Part shown: positions 12,160 through 23,247 of the stretch, piece by piece | Layout: every line of letters starts with the position of its first letter | Numbering within the stretch: position 1 is the first letter of the stretch | Assembly: GCF_963921235.1 (NCBI RefSeq) | Contig: NC_086109.1 | Coordinates: 5,024,001-5,088,000, forward strand | DNA length: 64,000 nucleotides | Reading direction: 5' to 3' | DNA from: Mobula hypostoma | Taxonomy: Eukaryota | Translations under genes and position numbers: made by a program | Notes under the pieces: model-generated | Told to the model about the DNA's origin: nothing | The model's database searches: none | The model's input: only the letters and a program-made list of their open reading frames with translations

Positions 12160-12448
12160 AGGTGGCACGTTAGTGTAGTGGTTAGCTCACAGCTTTACAG
12201 TACAGGTGACGTGGGTTCAATTCCCGTCACCTCCTGTAAGGACTTTGTAGCTTCTCTCCATGACCTCATGGGTGCTGCCAGAGAAACCCGTAAACCCAAG
12301 ACATACCAACATACCGGCTGGTAGGTTAATTGGATATTGGAAATTCTGCTGTGATTAGGCTGTAATTAAGTCAGGGGTTTGCTGAGGTGCGGCTCAGAGG
12401 GCCAGCAGGGCCTGTTCCTCACTGTATCTCAATAATTAAATAAATGAA
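12160..12448 (+). mobile_element. V-SINE (HE1-like)
   Basis: Box B ggttcaattccc; homologous to 9857-10150. Confidence 0.8.
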
Positions 12449-13904
12449 TCAACAGCTGACGTACGCCAAGAAATTTATTGTTTTACAGCAGCTGTACAGC
12501 GCAATGCATAAACATTGCTATAAGTTACAATAAGAAATTTATATATATAAGATTCAAGATTTAAAAAAAAATTAAATCAGTGCAAAAAGAGAGCAAAAGT
12601 AGTGATGTAGTGTTCATAGAAATCTGATGGCAGAGGGGAAGAAGCTCCTCCTAGAACTTTGAGTGTGTGCCCTGGGGCTCCTGTATCTCCTCCCTGATGG
12701 TAACAATGAGTGGTGGAGGTCCTTAGTGATGGAAACTGTCTCCTTCAGGCATCGCCTTTTGAAGATTTCCTCGTCTGTGGGGAGGCTGGTGCCCATGGCG
12801 GAGAAGGCAGAGTTTAGTGATTTCAGAACAAGCTTAGTGTTTGGGACGTCAGAACTGGGGCAAGCAGATAAGCAAGGTAATTTTCAGTTGTAGAGAGGGT
12901 GAGCGTGCATGTGCAGGACAAGGGGAGTATCTGTGACAGGGCAAGGGCTGAGGCGTTCCGAGGGTGTGTTTTGAGCTGCTGGTAGGAGGGCTGTGAATCG
13001 CGACCAAGAATGTACCAGTGGAGAGAGAACTCAGAAATATCACCCATGACTCGGGGTAGAGCTACCATGTTCTGATTTGGAAAAGGTACAGTGAGTGAGG
13101 GGGTCCCAGATTTGGTGACAGGCAGCAAGAAATCTGGGGAGGAGAGAAGCTGTGCATCTTCCAAAACAACCCCAGCAGATGCAAAAGCCTCCCTCTTCCC
13201 ACCGTCAAAGCCTTTGTCCTGTCTGTCCCTCCAACAAAATGGTTTCCCTCTCCACAGATGCTGCCTGATTTACTGTGTTTCTCCAGCGTATTCTGTTTAA
13301 TTCAGGTTTACAGGATCTGCAATTTTTGTTACTTTCATCCCAAGTCAAGGCTCTGTTGCCGCCCAGACAAGGTGCTGGAGGAATTTTGGGCGATTTAGAT
13401 TGGCCTGGCCTGCGGATAGTGCTAGACTAGACTGAACTGAGTTGAACTGAATATGCCTGGACTCCTTCGTTTTTGTTTTTTTTTTGCTGTTTGGACAATT
13501 TGTTTTTTTTGTGCGTGGAGGGGGATGGGTTCATGTTTTTCTTTGAATGGGCTCCGGGGTTTTCTTTGTTTTCTGGCTGTCTGGAGAAGATGAATCTCAG
13601 AGTTGCATACTGCATACATTCTTTGCTAATAAATGTACTTTGAACTTTGACATTTCTGTACGGTGCCTGGAATCTCTTCTCTGTCCCTTAACGCTTCCCC
13701 ATTCGCACTTAATGGGCACCCATTAGTCTACCAACCATCGCATCATTGTGATGTTGGAGGAAATGGGAGCTTAGGGGAAACAGCGAGCAGGTGCAAACTC
13801 CACACAAACAACACCCAGGATCAGAATTGAACCAGGGTCTCGGGAGCCAGGTGTCTTCCATCATCACACGATGTGTTTGAACCAGTGCGAACCAGAGGGC
13901 GAAT

Positions 13905-14250
13905 TTATTTATTGAGATACATTGTGCCTTCCGGCCCTTCAAGCCATGCCACGCAGCTTTCCCTGATTTCACCCTCGCCAATAAAGTTTTGGCACAGACT
14001 AGAAGGGCCAAATGGCCTGTTTTCTGTGCTGTAGTGTTCTATGTTCTATGTTCTATGTTCTAACCACAATGACCAATCAACCTATCAACCGGTATGTCTT
14101 TGGACTGTGGGAGGAAACCAGAGCACCCGGAGGAAACCCACGCGGTCACGAGGAGAACGTACAAGCTCCTCAGAGGCAGTGGTGGGAATTGAACCCGCGT
14201 CACTGGTAGTGTAAAGCGTCGTGCTGACCACTGTGCTACCATACTGCTTC
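13905..14250 (-). mobile_element. V-SINE (HE1-like), interrupted by a short CR1 3' tail
   Basis: Reverse complement of the V-domain at 14095-14165. A CR1 tail gggccaaatggcctg...(TTCTATG)n is inserted at about 13985-14062. Confidence 0.75.
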
Positions 14251-14364
14251 TCGATGGTAGGATTTGGGATTTTAATCCTGGAACAATGAATGAGTGAAAC
14301 TGAGTGTTGCGGTGGTGAGAGGGGGTGTGGGGTGTATTGTGTAACAATGAAATAATGCTGACTG

Positions 14365-15895
14365 AGAAAAATCAGAAACAGGTTTACCATCACTGGTGTA
14401 TCACTGTGAAATTTGTTATTAAAGTGGCAGCAGTACATTGCATTACACAATAATAAAAACTGTATATTACAGTAAGGAGTATACTGTATATTAAAAAGTA
14501 TTAAAGAAGTATTTAAAAAGTTAAAATAATTAAGTAGTGCATAAAGAGGAAAGAAAGCAGTGTGGTAGTGTTCACGAGTTCAATGTCCACTCAGACTTCC
14601 GATGGCAGAGGGGAAGAATTGAATTGAATTGACTTCATTACTTACACCCTTCATATACATGAGGAGTAAAAATCTTCACGTTACGTCTCCGTCTAAATAT
14701 GCAATGTGCAATTTATAGTAATTTATCAAAAATAGTACGTACAACAGGACGGTCAATATAACATAGAAATACAATTGTATCAGCATGAATTAATCAGTCT
14801 GATGGCCTGGTGGAAAAAGCTGTCCCGGAGCCTGTTGGTCCTGGCTTTTATGCTGTGGTACCGTTTCCTGGATGGTAACAGCTGGAACAGTTTGTGGTTG
14901 GGGGACTCCTACTGGCCCTTTTTACACACCTGTCTTTGTAAAGGTCCTGAATCATGGGAAGTTCACAACTACAGATGCGCTGGGCTGTCCGCACCACTCT
15001 CTGCAGAGTCCTGTGATTAAGGGAGGTACAGTTCCCATACCAGGCAGTGATGCAGCCAGTCAGGATGCTCTCAATTGTGCCCCTGTAGAAAGTTCTTAGG
15101 ATCTGGGGGCTCATACCAAACTTCTTCAACTGTCTGAGGTGAAAGAGGAGCTGTTGTGCTCTTTTCACCACACAGTCGGTTTGTACAGACGACGTGCGAT
15201 CCTCGGTTCCTGAATCACTGAGTGTGTGCCTTCAGGCTCCTGTAACTCCTTCCTGATGGTAGCAATGAGAAGAAGGCATGTCCTGGGTGGTGGAGGTCCA
15301 TAATGATGGACACGGCCTTGCTGAGGCATCGGTCCTTGAAGACGTCCTCGATGCTGGGGAGGCTGGTGCCCATGATGGAGCTGATTGAGTTTACAACCTA
15401 CTACAGGTTACCTTGATCACATGCAGTAGGCTCCCCCCACCCCATGCCAGACAGTGGCACAGCCAGTTGGAATACTCACTCTCCACAGTACATCTGTAGA
15501 AATTTGTGAGTGTCAATGGTAACATACAAAATCTCCTTAAACTCCTAATGAAATACAGCCACTGTCATGCCTTCTTTGTAATTGTATCAACATGTTGGGC
15601 CCAGGATAGATCCTCAGAGATGTTGACACCCTGGAACTTCCAATGAGGTCTGGTGTGTCTTCCCTCTACTTACCCTTTCTGAAGATCACAATCAATTCCT
15701 TGGTCTTACTGACGTTGAGACCAAGGTTGTTGCTGTGAAACCACCCAACCAGCTGATCTATCTCACTCCTGTATGCCTTCTCGTCACCATCTGAGATTCT
15801 GCCAACAACAGTTGTGCCATCAGCAAATTTATGATGGCATTTGAACTGTGCCTAGCCATACAGTCATGATTGTCGAGAGAATAGAGCAGTGGGTT
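14365..15895 (-). mobile_element. Nested Rex1/Babar-like LINE fragments
   Basis: ORF 14848-15171 (KRAQQLLFHLRQLKKFG...TIESILTGCITAWYG), with a tail at about 14617, is inserted into another Rex1 copy that resumes at about 15205. Confidence 0.8.
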
Positions 15896-16043
15896 CTCCT
15901 CTCTATACATTATCTCTATTAAACAAGCAGTGTAAAAAGAGAATAAACGAAGAAAAGCAAATAGTCAGTTAGTATAGTTAGAATTGAGACTCTTCATCAG
16001 GACTGACACATTGACTATTGATCTCCCTTCCTAGATGCTGCCT

Positions 16044-16253
16044 GGTTCCCTAAGGTTGTTATGGCCTGGGGGAGGAGTGGTGAGGAGCTCCCACTACCTA
16101 TTCAATGCTCCCAATGCTGTGCGTCTCCAACAGTCTTCGACAACCAAGTCCACTTCCTGGCTTCCATGTGTGGCTTAGCTACTAAGCCCAGCGGAACATC
16201 TACAGATTTTCTCATGTTTGTAAGCCCAGCGGAACTGTTTCTACTGACAGGAG
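16044..16253 (+). ncRNA. Predicted HDV-like self-cleaving ribozyme at the 5' end of a non-autonomous retroelement
   Basis: P1 GGTTCC 16044-49 / GGAACT 16231-36 (G1-U wobble); P2 TTCCTG 16154-59 / CAGGAG 16248-53; P3 GCT 16160-62 / AGC; L3 TCCATGT; J4/2 CTGA 16244-47. The segments fall in nested double-pseudoknot order. This copy is interrupted by a small later insertion. Confidence 0.6.
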
Positions 16254-16651
16254 AAAGGGCAAAGCTGGGTCACTGGCACCTTAAGACTAGTCACTTTGGG
16301 CAGATGGGGCTCGTCAGCCGCTGTTTGCAGCTCATCTAGGAGAAGGAAAACACCGATCTCAGACCTCTGCTGCCTTGCAGCTATCCTACCGATAGGGAAG
16401 GCTTCGGGAGTAAACCCCGAGGGAAAAATCCAGAGCTCGAGTCCCTATCTTGCATTCATTGCTGACTGGTAACTCCTGCGACCAAACTGTATTGGTCTCT
16501 GCTATTCCTTTGAATTCATCAGCTGTGTGGAGAGGGGGAGCTTACTACATGGGCAACAGCTTGCTCTCTGTATTGTACTCCCCAGGCTTGCTGATCTAGA
16601 CAGGTAGGGCACAATATCTATGGTCGAGCCTGACAAATGGAGGCCTCCAAA
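16044..16651 (+). mobile_element. Full-length short non-autonomous non-LTR retroelement (probably RTE-related)
   Basis: Flanked by TSD AGATGCTGCCT 16033-43 / AGATGCTGCAT 16652-62 inside a Penelope terminus. No ORF. Homologous copies at 9385-10200 (+) and 34180-34305 (-, 3' end only). Confidence 0.75.
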
Positions 16652-17019
16652 AGATGCTGCATGACTTGCTGAGTTCCTCAAATACTCCTGGCCACAAGCT
16701 TGATTTTATTTCTGACTAGACTGTTTCGTTTCCACTCTCAGGAAGCTTTTGAAACTGCCTAGCTCGTTCCTCAGTTAGGTAAACCAACCAAATCAGGACG
16801 GGGTTGGCTAGAGATATCCCCAATATCCCTTAGGGTCATTTCCAATGGCGGAAAACACCCATGGGCAGGATGGTGAGACTCATCCCTTTTAGTGTCATAC
16901 GGTAATGCAGCCCAGAAACTGGCTTTCTGCCCAAACCGATCCATGCTGGCAAAGATTCCCTTCAAAACTAGTCCTGTTTGCCCGTGTTCAGCCAGCTTCC
17001 CATCCAATGACCTTATCCA

Positions 17020-17325
17020 TTCAGGATACAGTAGGTAGTAAATCGGATTAGAAATTGGCTTTGTGGGAAAAGCCAGACAGAGGTAGTAGATGGTTGCCTT
17101 TCTGACGGGAGGCCTGTGATTAGTGGAGAGCTGCAGGGATCAGTGCTGGGTCTGTTGTTGTTTGTCATCTACATCAATGACCTGGATGATAATGTGGTTA
17201 ACTGGAGCAGCAAGTCTGCGGAAGACACCAAGACTAGAGGTGTAGTGGACAGCGAGGAAGTCTATCATCGCTTGCAGGGGGATCTGCACCAACTGGAAAA
17301 ATGGGCAGAAGATGGCAGTTTAATA
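17020..17325 (+). mobile_element. CR1-like LINE RT fragment
   Basis: QGSVLGLLLFVIYINDLD...SKSAEDTK (degenerate KFADD). Confidence 0.8.
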
Positions 17326-17513
17326 GGAACATGCGGGAAATCTTCTCTCGTCAGAACTCAGACTGGGCAGAAGAAGTCAATGGGGAAAAGACAGATAGGG
17401 CAAATTTATGCCCCTCATGAAATTAATTATATTTTTGTCATTTATAATTAGCCAGTGATCTTATAGTAAATTGAAAAACACCTCAGAATATCTGTGAAAT
17501 AAGGAAGAAAAGT

Positions 17514-17928
17514 CTTCCAAAAGGACCACAACCTTGTCGTAGGGTTTGGAGGCTTGTGTGCTTCAATGAACCAGAGGGCTATGTTGGCTGGAGTCAGGGC
17601 TTTGTGCTTTAGCTCTTGGTGGGGTCACCCACGCCAAACAGGTCAAAGGGTGGAGGCTGGATTAAGAGTGATCCACCGACCCTCCAGGTTGGGCAGTTCA
17701 GCTCAGGGCTAACAACCCTGACCGGTAAAACAAAACTGCTACGGAAACAGCAACGAAGAATCCTTCTCCATCTGAATGCAGCAGTATTCCTGAGTCTCCA
17801 CCCGGATCATGGACAGCGGTGAAAACTGAGAGGCAGCTCCTGACGCGATGAAGGAAGCCCTGAACACTGCCGCAGATGGAGGACTTCATTGCTGCCCGAA
17901 ACACCAGCGGTGGTAACGGGTAGGAAGT
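17514..17928 (+). mobile_element. RTE-clade (Rex3/Expander/BovB-like 5' UTR) non-autonomous element
   Basis: TSD AAATAAGGAAGAAAAGT 17497-17513 / AAATAGGGAAGAAAAGT 17929-45. The head accttgtcgt..ggaggcttg..caatga..gctatgttg resembles RTE 5' UTRs. Confidence 0.7.
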
Positions 17929-19180
17929 AAATAGGGAAGAAAAGTGGCCAAATTTGCGTGAATTCCTGCTCTTTGAAATGTTTTAAATAATTTTGATGGA
18001 ATACTCTTGTCCTCTCTTTGAATGTGTGTCCCTGTCTCTATAGCTCTATAGCTGTTTAAAGCCTGATATCAAAATAAACTTTATTCATAATAATAAAAAA
18101 TATTTAGAAGACTAAACTGTGCAAAGCCTCATTCTTACATTCAGTCGCATTATGAAGAAGGGTCTCAGACCGAGTCTTCGATTGTTGATTCCTCTCCACA
18201 GGTACTCTCTGCTGGTTCCTCCAGCATCTTGTGTGTGTCACAATATAAAGTGTGCTTTACATTCATTCAAAATATTAGGACTGTTGACACTCATGTGCCC
18301 CCTGGGGTGGTAATTGAGGGGCTTCCTCATGCAATCCAGCCCCTCCCTCTCTAGTCCATCATGCGGTCCTGCGTTGAATGCTACACAACGTAGGCTGGGG
18401 CCTGAAGAAGGGTATCGGGCTGAAACGTCAACTATCATTTTGTATCCTGGACTTCGCTTCCGTAGGTGCTGCCGTGGAGAGAATGGAATCTGTCACGCCC
18501 CACATTCTACACACGGTGACCCTGGAGATGACAGCCAGCAAGCTCGGCCAGCTTAGAGAAACGATCGATCTGGGTGTGTGCAGGGGCCATGGAACCAGGA
18601 ATGTTCTGCACACGCTTCCAGACATGCTTAAACTGCGTTGTTTGAACGGAGCTAAACAGCTGGACAGAATGTAATGCAATTGTTTAAAGCAATCAGTGGT
18701 GTGGAATTGTAAATGGAAAGTCCTGAAGAGGGAAGGAGATCGCATCACAGCTGATTTTAGCCAGAGGCATTGAAGGTGCTGGAAGTTGATTTGAAATTGG
18801 ACACAGGAAACCTTGTTTCTGTAGCTTGGTGTTTTTTTTTAAACACTGGGAGTGGTAGGTGCATGGAATGTGATGCTAGGGTTGGAGGTAGAGGCAGATA
18901 CATCAGGGACATTTAAGAAGCACATGGGTGATAGAGAAAATGGAGGACTATGTAGGAGGGAAGGGTTAGATTGATCTTGGAGTAGGTCAGCACAACATTG
19001 TGGGCTGAAGGGCCTGTGCTGTCCTATATTTCATGTTCTATGCAGAACGATGATTGTAGATACACACAGCCATTTGGGAGACAGCTGTGTGCACTCTGGG
19101 TCTGACTTCCATCGGAGTCCATGCAGAGTGATAGGGTTCTGTGCTCCAAGCATTGACTCCATTTTCTCTGCTGGGCTGTA

Positions 19181-20064
19181 AATGCTAAGAGGATGCAGGG
19201 TGACTTGGATAGGTTGGGTGAGTGGGCAAATTCATGGCAGATACAATTTAATGTGGATAAATGTGAAGTTATCCACTTTGGTGGCAAAAATAGGAAAACA
19301 GATTATTATCTGAATGGTGGCCGATTAGGAAAAGGGGAGGTGCAACGAGACCTGGGTGTCATTATACACCAGTCATTGAAAGTGGGCATGCAGGTACAGC
19401 AGGCGGTGAAAAAGGCGAATGGTATGCTGGCATTTATAGCGAGAGGATTCGAGTACAGGAGCAGGGAGGTACTACTGCAGTTGTACAAGGCCTTGGTGAA
19501 ACCACACCTGGAGTATTGTGTGCAGTTTTGGTCCCCTAATCTGAGGAAAGACATCCTTGCCATAGAGGGAGTACAAAGAAGGTTCACCAGATTGATTCCT
19601 GGGATGGCAGGACTTTCATATGAAGAAAGACTGGATGAACTGGGCTTGTACTCGTTGGAATTTAGAAGATTGAGGGGGGATCTGATTGAAATGTATAAAA
19701 TCCTAAAGGGATTGGACAGGCTAGATACAGGAAGGTTGTTCCCGATGTTGGGGAAGTCCAGAACGAGGGGTCACAGTTTGAGGATAAAGGGGAAGCCTTT
19801 TAGGACGGAGATTAGGAAAAACTTCTTCACACAGAGAGTGGTGAATCTGTGGAATTCTCTGCCACAGGAAACAGTTGAGGCCAGTTCATTGGCTATATTT
19901 AAGAGGGAGTTAGATATAGCCCTTGTGGCTACGGGGATCAGGGGGTATGGAGGGAAGGCTGGTGCAGGGTTCTGAGTTGGATGATCAGCCATGATCATAA
20001 TAAATGGCGGTGCAGGCTTGAAGGGCCGAATGGCCTACTCCTGCACCTATTTTCTATGTTTCTA
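19181..20064 (+). mobile_element. CR1/HER1-like LINE 3' end, young
   Basis: Uninterrupted 260-aa ORF 19193-19975 (QGDLDRL..WQIQFNVDKC..LVKPHLEYCVQFWSP..RGH..FFTQRVVNLWNSLP). 3' UTR with TTTCTATG tail. Confidence 0.92.
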
Positions 20065-20388
20065 ACCTCGACGTTGTTGGCTCCGAGATGGTTCTGATCC
20101 CACATCCTCCTCATTGGACTGTTTACTGTACTTCAGTTATCTGATAGGACCTGCGGCTAGTGAAGAATGACAGATCTCTGCCAGGGTCCCGGCAATCACC
20201 TCCCAGGGTATCTGGGCATTTATCTTTCTCTCCGATGTCTAGCATATCTCTCCTTCCAGGACATCACCACCCTCCTTCATAAATTCTTCAGCTGGAAAGT
20301 CCTTCTCCTTAATGAACACAGATGGTAAGATCTCAACTATGTGTTCTACGGCTTTTGTCTTGAATGGTTCCAACTCTCTCCCTGGAGA

Positions 20389-20723
20389 CAACGTTCCCTC
20401 TAATTTTTTTTTACAGCTGCGCGGACCAACCGTTGCTCTGAGCAGGAAATTTTTACACGGCCTGAAAACTGAGTGGCACTTTAAATATTTTTCTTGTAAT
20501 ATGTGTACGATGAATATTTAGAATGAAAATTGGAAAATCACACACTTATTATTTATTAATTGCAGGATATAATGGAACACAGTACAACAAACAAAATCTT
20601 TCACATTTCATAAACTCTTTCTCATCTGTCTTTATTTCAGCTGTGTGGCAACGAAGGCTATGTGTGTGGGAGCATTTCAGTTACTGCATGGCTGTGCATC
20701 CGTGCTGTTTAGAGGGAACAGTG
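20389..20723. mobile_element. MITE (hAT-like TIRs)
   Basis: TIR CAACGTTCCCTCTAA / TTAGAGGGAACAGTG. No matching TSD seen. Confidence 0.6.
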
Positions 20724-21315
20724 GCCTCGTTACCCTCCTGCCTTTATTATACATGCAGAATGATTTGGGATTCACCTTCAGTTTGTCTGCTGGTGGTATA
20801 TCGTGCCCCCTCTTTGCCTTTCTCCATCGGTGGTGGAATCAGTTCAGGGCTGAGCTGAGTGAAGTTATCCACACTGGTTCAGGAGCCTGATGGTTGAAGG
20901 CCTGCTCCTCTGTCTCCTTCCGATTGTTATGTCTAAAGTACTCCCCCAGAAACATAATCATCCCCGTTTTGTTTTTAAGTGCTTTACCCCAATGACCTTA
21001 ATTACTCTCTTGTTACTACTGTAATTAACACCTCAGTGCCAGCTCCCTCTGAAGCTCTGCAGCTTGGACTGTTGATTCACAAGTCAAAGAAATGGTTGTT
21101 CATCAGGTTAATGTCCCCAGGAACACAGTGTCAACGTGAATGGTTCCCTGTGCTGTTATAATATGCAAGTCACAAAGGTTCTGATGAAATAATCCAGGGA
21201 GTGACAGTGGGAGCCCCAGTCGGGAGCTGTGGTCACAGCCCTGAGTATCATTGTCATCGAGGTTCCAGCCACCATTCACAGCAAACTTCCTCTCACTTCT
21301 TCAGACTTGAGGACC

Positions 21316-21353
21316 CAGTCCTGATGAAGGCTCTCGGCCCGAAACGTCAACTG
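21316..21353 (+). ncRNA. Minimal type I hammerhead ribozyme motif (Penelope-like element terminus)
   Basis: cagtc-CTGATGA-a-ggctctcggccc-GAAA-cg-TC-aactg. Core and GTC cleavage triplet intact, with mismatches in helices I and II. Confidence 0.6.
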
Positions 21354-21422
21354 TTTATTGCAGCACACACAAAATGCTGGAAGAGCTCAGCAGGCCAGGC
21401 AGCATCTATGGAAAAGAGTAAA

Positions 21423-21460
21423 CAGTCCATGTTTCGGGCTGAGGCCCTTCATCAGGACTG
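21423..21460 (-). ncRNA. Minimal hammerhead motif, cleavage triplet mutated
   Basis: Reverse complement cagtc-CTGATGA-a-gggc ctca gccc-GAAA-catg-gactg. Helices I and II are perfect but the triplet ATG is not NUH. Confidence 0.5.
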
Positions 21461-22458
21461 AGAGGGAAGGGGGGAGATACCTGAATTAATAGGTGGGGGA
21501 AGGGGAAAGAGGCAAGCTGGAAGGTGATAGGTGAAGCCGGGTGGGTGGGAAAGGTCAAGGGCAGGAGAAGAAAGAATCTGATAGGAGAGGAGAGTGGACC
21601 ACAGGAGAAAGGCAAGGAGGATGGGCAACGGGAGAAGTAATAGGCAAGTGAGAAGAAGTGAAAGGTCAGAGTGGGGAATAAAGGAAGGGTGGGGGAAATG
21701 TTTTCACCGGAAGGAGAAATCGATATCTATACCGTCAAGCTGGAGGCTACCCAGACGGAATGTAAGCTGTTGTTCCGGGCCTCATCTCGGCATGCTGGAA
21801 CGGGAATGGGAATGGGAATGAAAATGTTTGGCCACCAGGATGTTTAGCAAATGTTTATTCCTCTCATAGATGCTGTCTGGCTTGCTGGGTTCCTCCAACA
21901 TTTTGTGTTGCTCCTCAACATCCCAGTTTTCCTCTCTCCAACCAGGCAGATAGTTTGTCGCATTCTTCTCTGAAGCACACAATATGATACTTTGAGCAGT
22001 TGTCTCAAACGAGGTAACAAGTGCAGAGCGCCTTGACAGTTTCTCTTGTTAAGGATTTTGGAAATGTAAAGTGGTGAGAGATCAGAATCAGGTTTAATAT
22101 CACTGACTTACACTCAGTGGCCACTTTATTAGGTACACCTGTACACCTGCTCTTAATGCAAGTATCTACTCAGCCAACCACGTGGCAGCAACTCAATGCA
22201 TAAAAGCACGCAGACGTGGTCATGAGGTTCAGACCAAATATCAGAATGGAGAAGAACTGTGACCTAAGTTACTTTGACTGTGGAATAATTGTTGGTGCCA
22301 GACGGGGTGGTTTGAGTATCTCAGAAACTGCTGATCTCCTGAGATTTTCGCACACAACAGCCTCCAGAGTTTACAGAGAACGATAAGTAGAACAAAAAAA
22401 AAAATCCATTGAGCAGCAGTGCTGTGAGCAAAAACGCCTTGTTAATGAGAGAGGTCAG

Positions 22459-23247
22459 CATGGTAGCGTAAAGGTTAGCACGACGCTTTACAGTACCAGT
22501 GACCCAGGTTCAATTCCCACCTCTGCCTGTAAGGAGTTTGTATATTCTCCCCGCGGTCGCATGGGTTTCCTCCGGGTGCTCCAGTTTCCTCTCACAGTCC
22601 AATGGCACACTGGGTGGCAGGTTAATTCGTCATTGCAAATTGTCCTGTGATTAGGCTCGGGTTAAAGCCTGATATATACTTGTGCGTCAACTTGACGTCG
22701 TAACCTGAGCAAGTGGCCTACACGCGTTGTGAACATTTATACTTGTGCGTTGGTGTGTCTACGTCGCTCTGCAATTCAGGCACATCGCGCATGCGCACAC
22801 ACCTGCCCACGCAAGGCTTCGTGGTCATGCTAGTCTTTAAACAAGTTTAAAGCAAGCATCTTTTTTTGTAAAAACGAAATGTCCCTTCCGTAATTTCGGA
22901 GGTCTGTAAAGCTTTATGGAAAGCATTGCAGCCAGAGTTCCTTCCCTGCCCTTCAGTTGCACAATGGGAAGCTATTGTAGCGTAGGAGGAAATGGATGCT
23001 ACCAAGCCGACCAATCACAGTTGTTGCGGTCTGCGTTGCTGCGATGCGTAGTTACATTTCGGGAGAGGTGCGCGTCAGGCTACGGCGTAGGGATCTGCAT
23101 CGGCTCTGCGTAGGGTTCGCGGTGACGCAGTACTTACGGTGTCGAGTTGACGCAGAAGTATAAATCAGGCTTAAGTCAGGAGTTGCTGTGTGGCACGGCT
23201 CAAAGGGCTGGAGAGATCTATTCCATGATGTATTTCAATAAATTGAT
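22459..23247 (+). mobile_element. V-SINE inserted in the Tc1 remnant
   Basis: TSD AGGTCAG 22452-58 / 23248-54; box A/B head and V-domain. Confidence 0.8.
22666..23171. mobile_element. PIF/Harbinger-type MITE
   Basis: About 35-bp TIR AGCCTGATATATACTTGTGCGTCAACTTGAC / GTCGAGTTGACGCAGAAGTATAAATCAGGCT. TAA TSD at 22663-65 and 23172-74. CpG retained. Confidence 0.85.

Larger units (their letters stand above)
21316..21915. mobile_element. Penelope-like element fragments in both orientations
   Basis: Terminal motif cacaaaatgctgga..ctcagcaggccaggcagcatctatgg, purine-rich UTR, hammerhead motifs. Confidence 0.75.

Noticed and set aside
18456..18674. Possible coding exon after acceptor-like cttcgcttccgtag
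   Set aside because: No recognisable protein in any frame and no partner exons found.
19193..19975. 260-aa ORF (also 26103-26708 and 47757-48329) as host genes
   Set aside because: These are C-terminal parts of CR1 ORF2 followed by LINE 3' UTR tails, and they are 5'-truncated.
22459..22530. tRNA gene
   Set aside because: Box A/B belong to a SINE head followed by the V-domain; there is no full cloverleaf.
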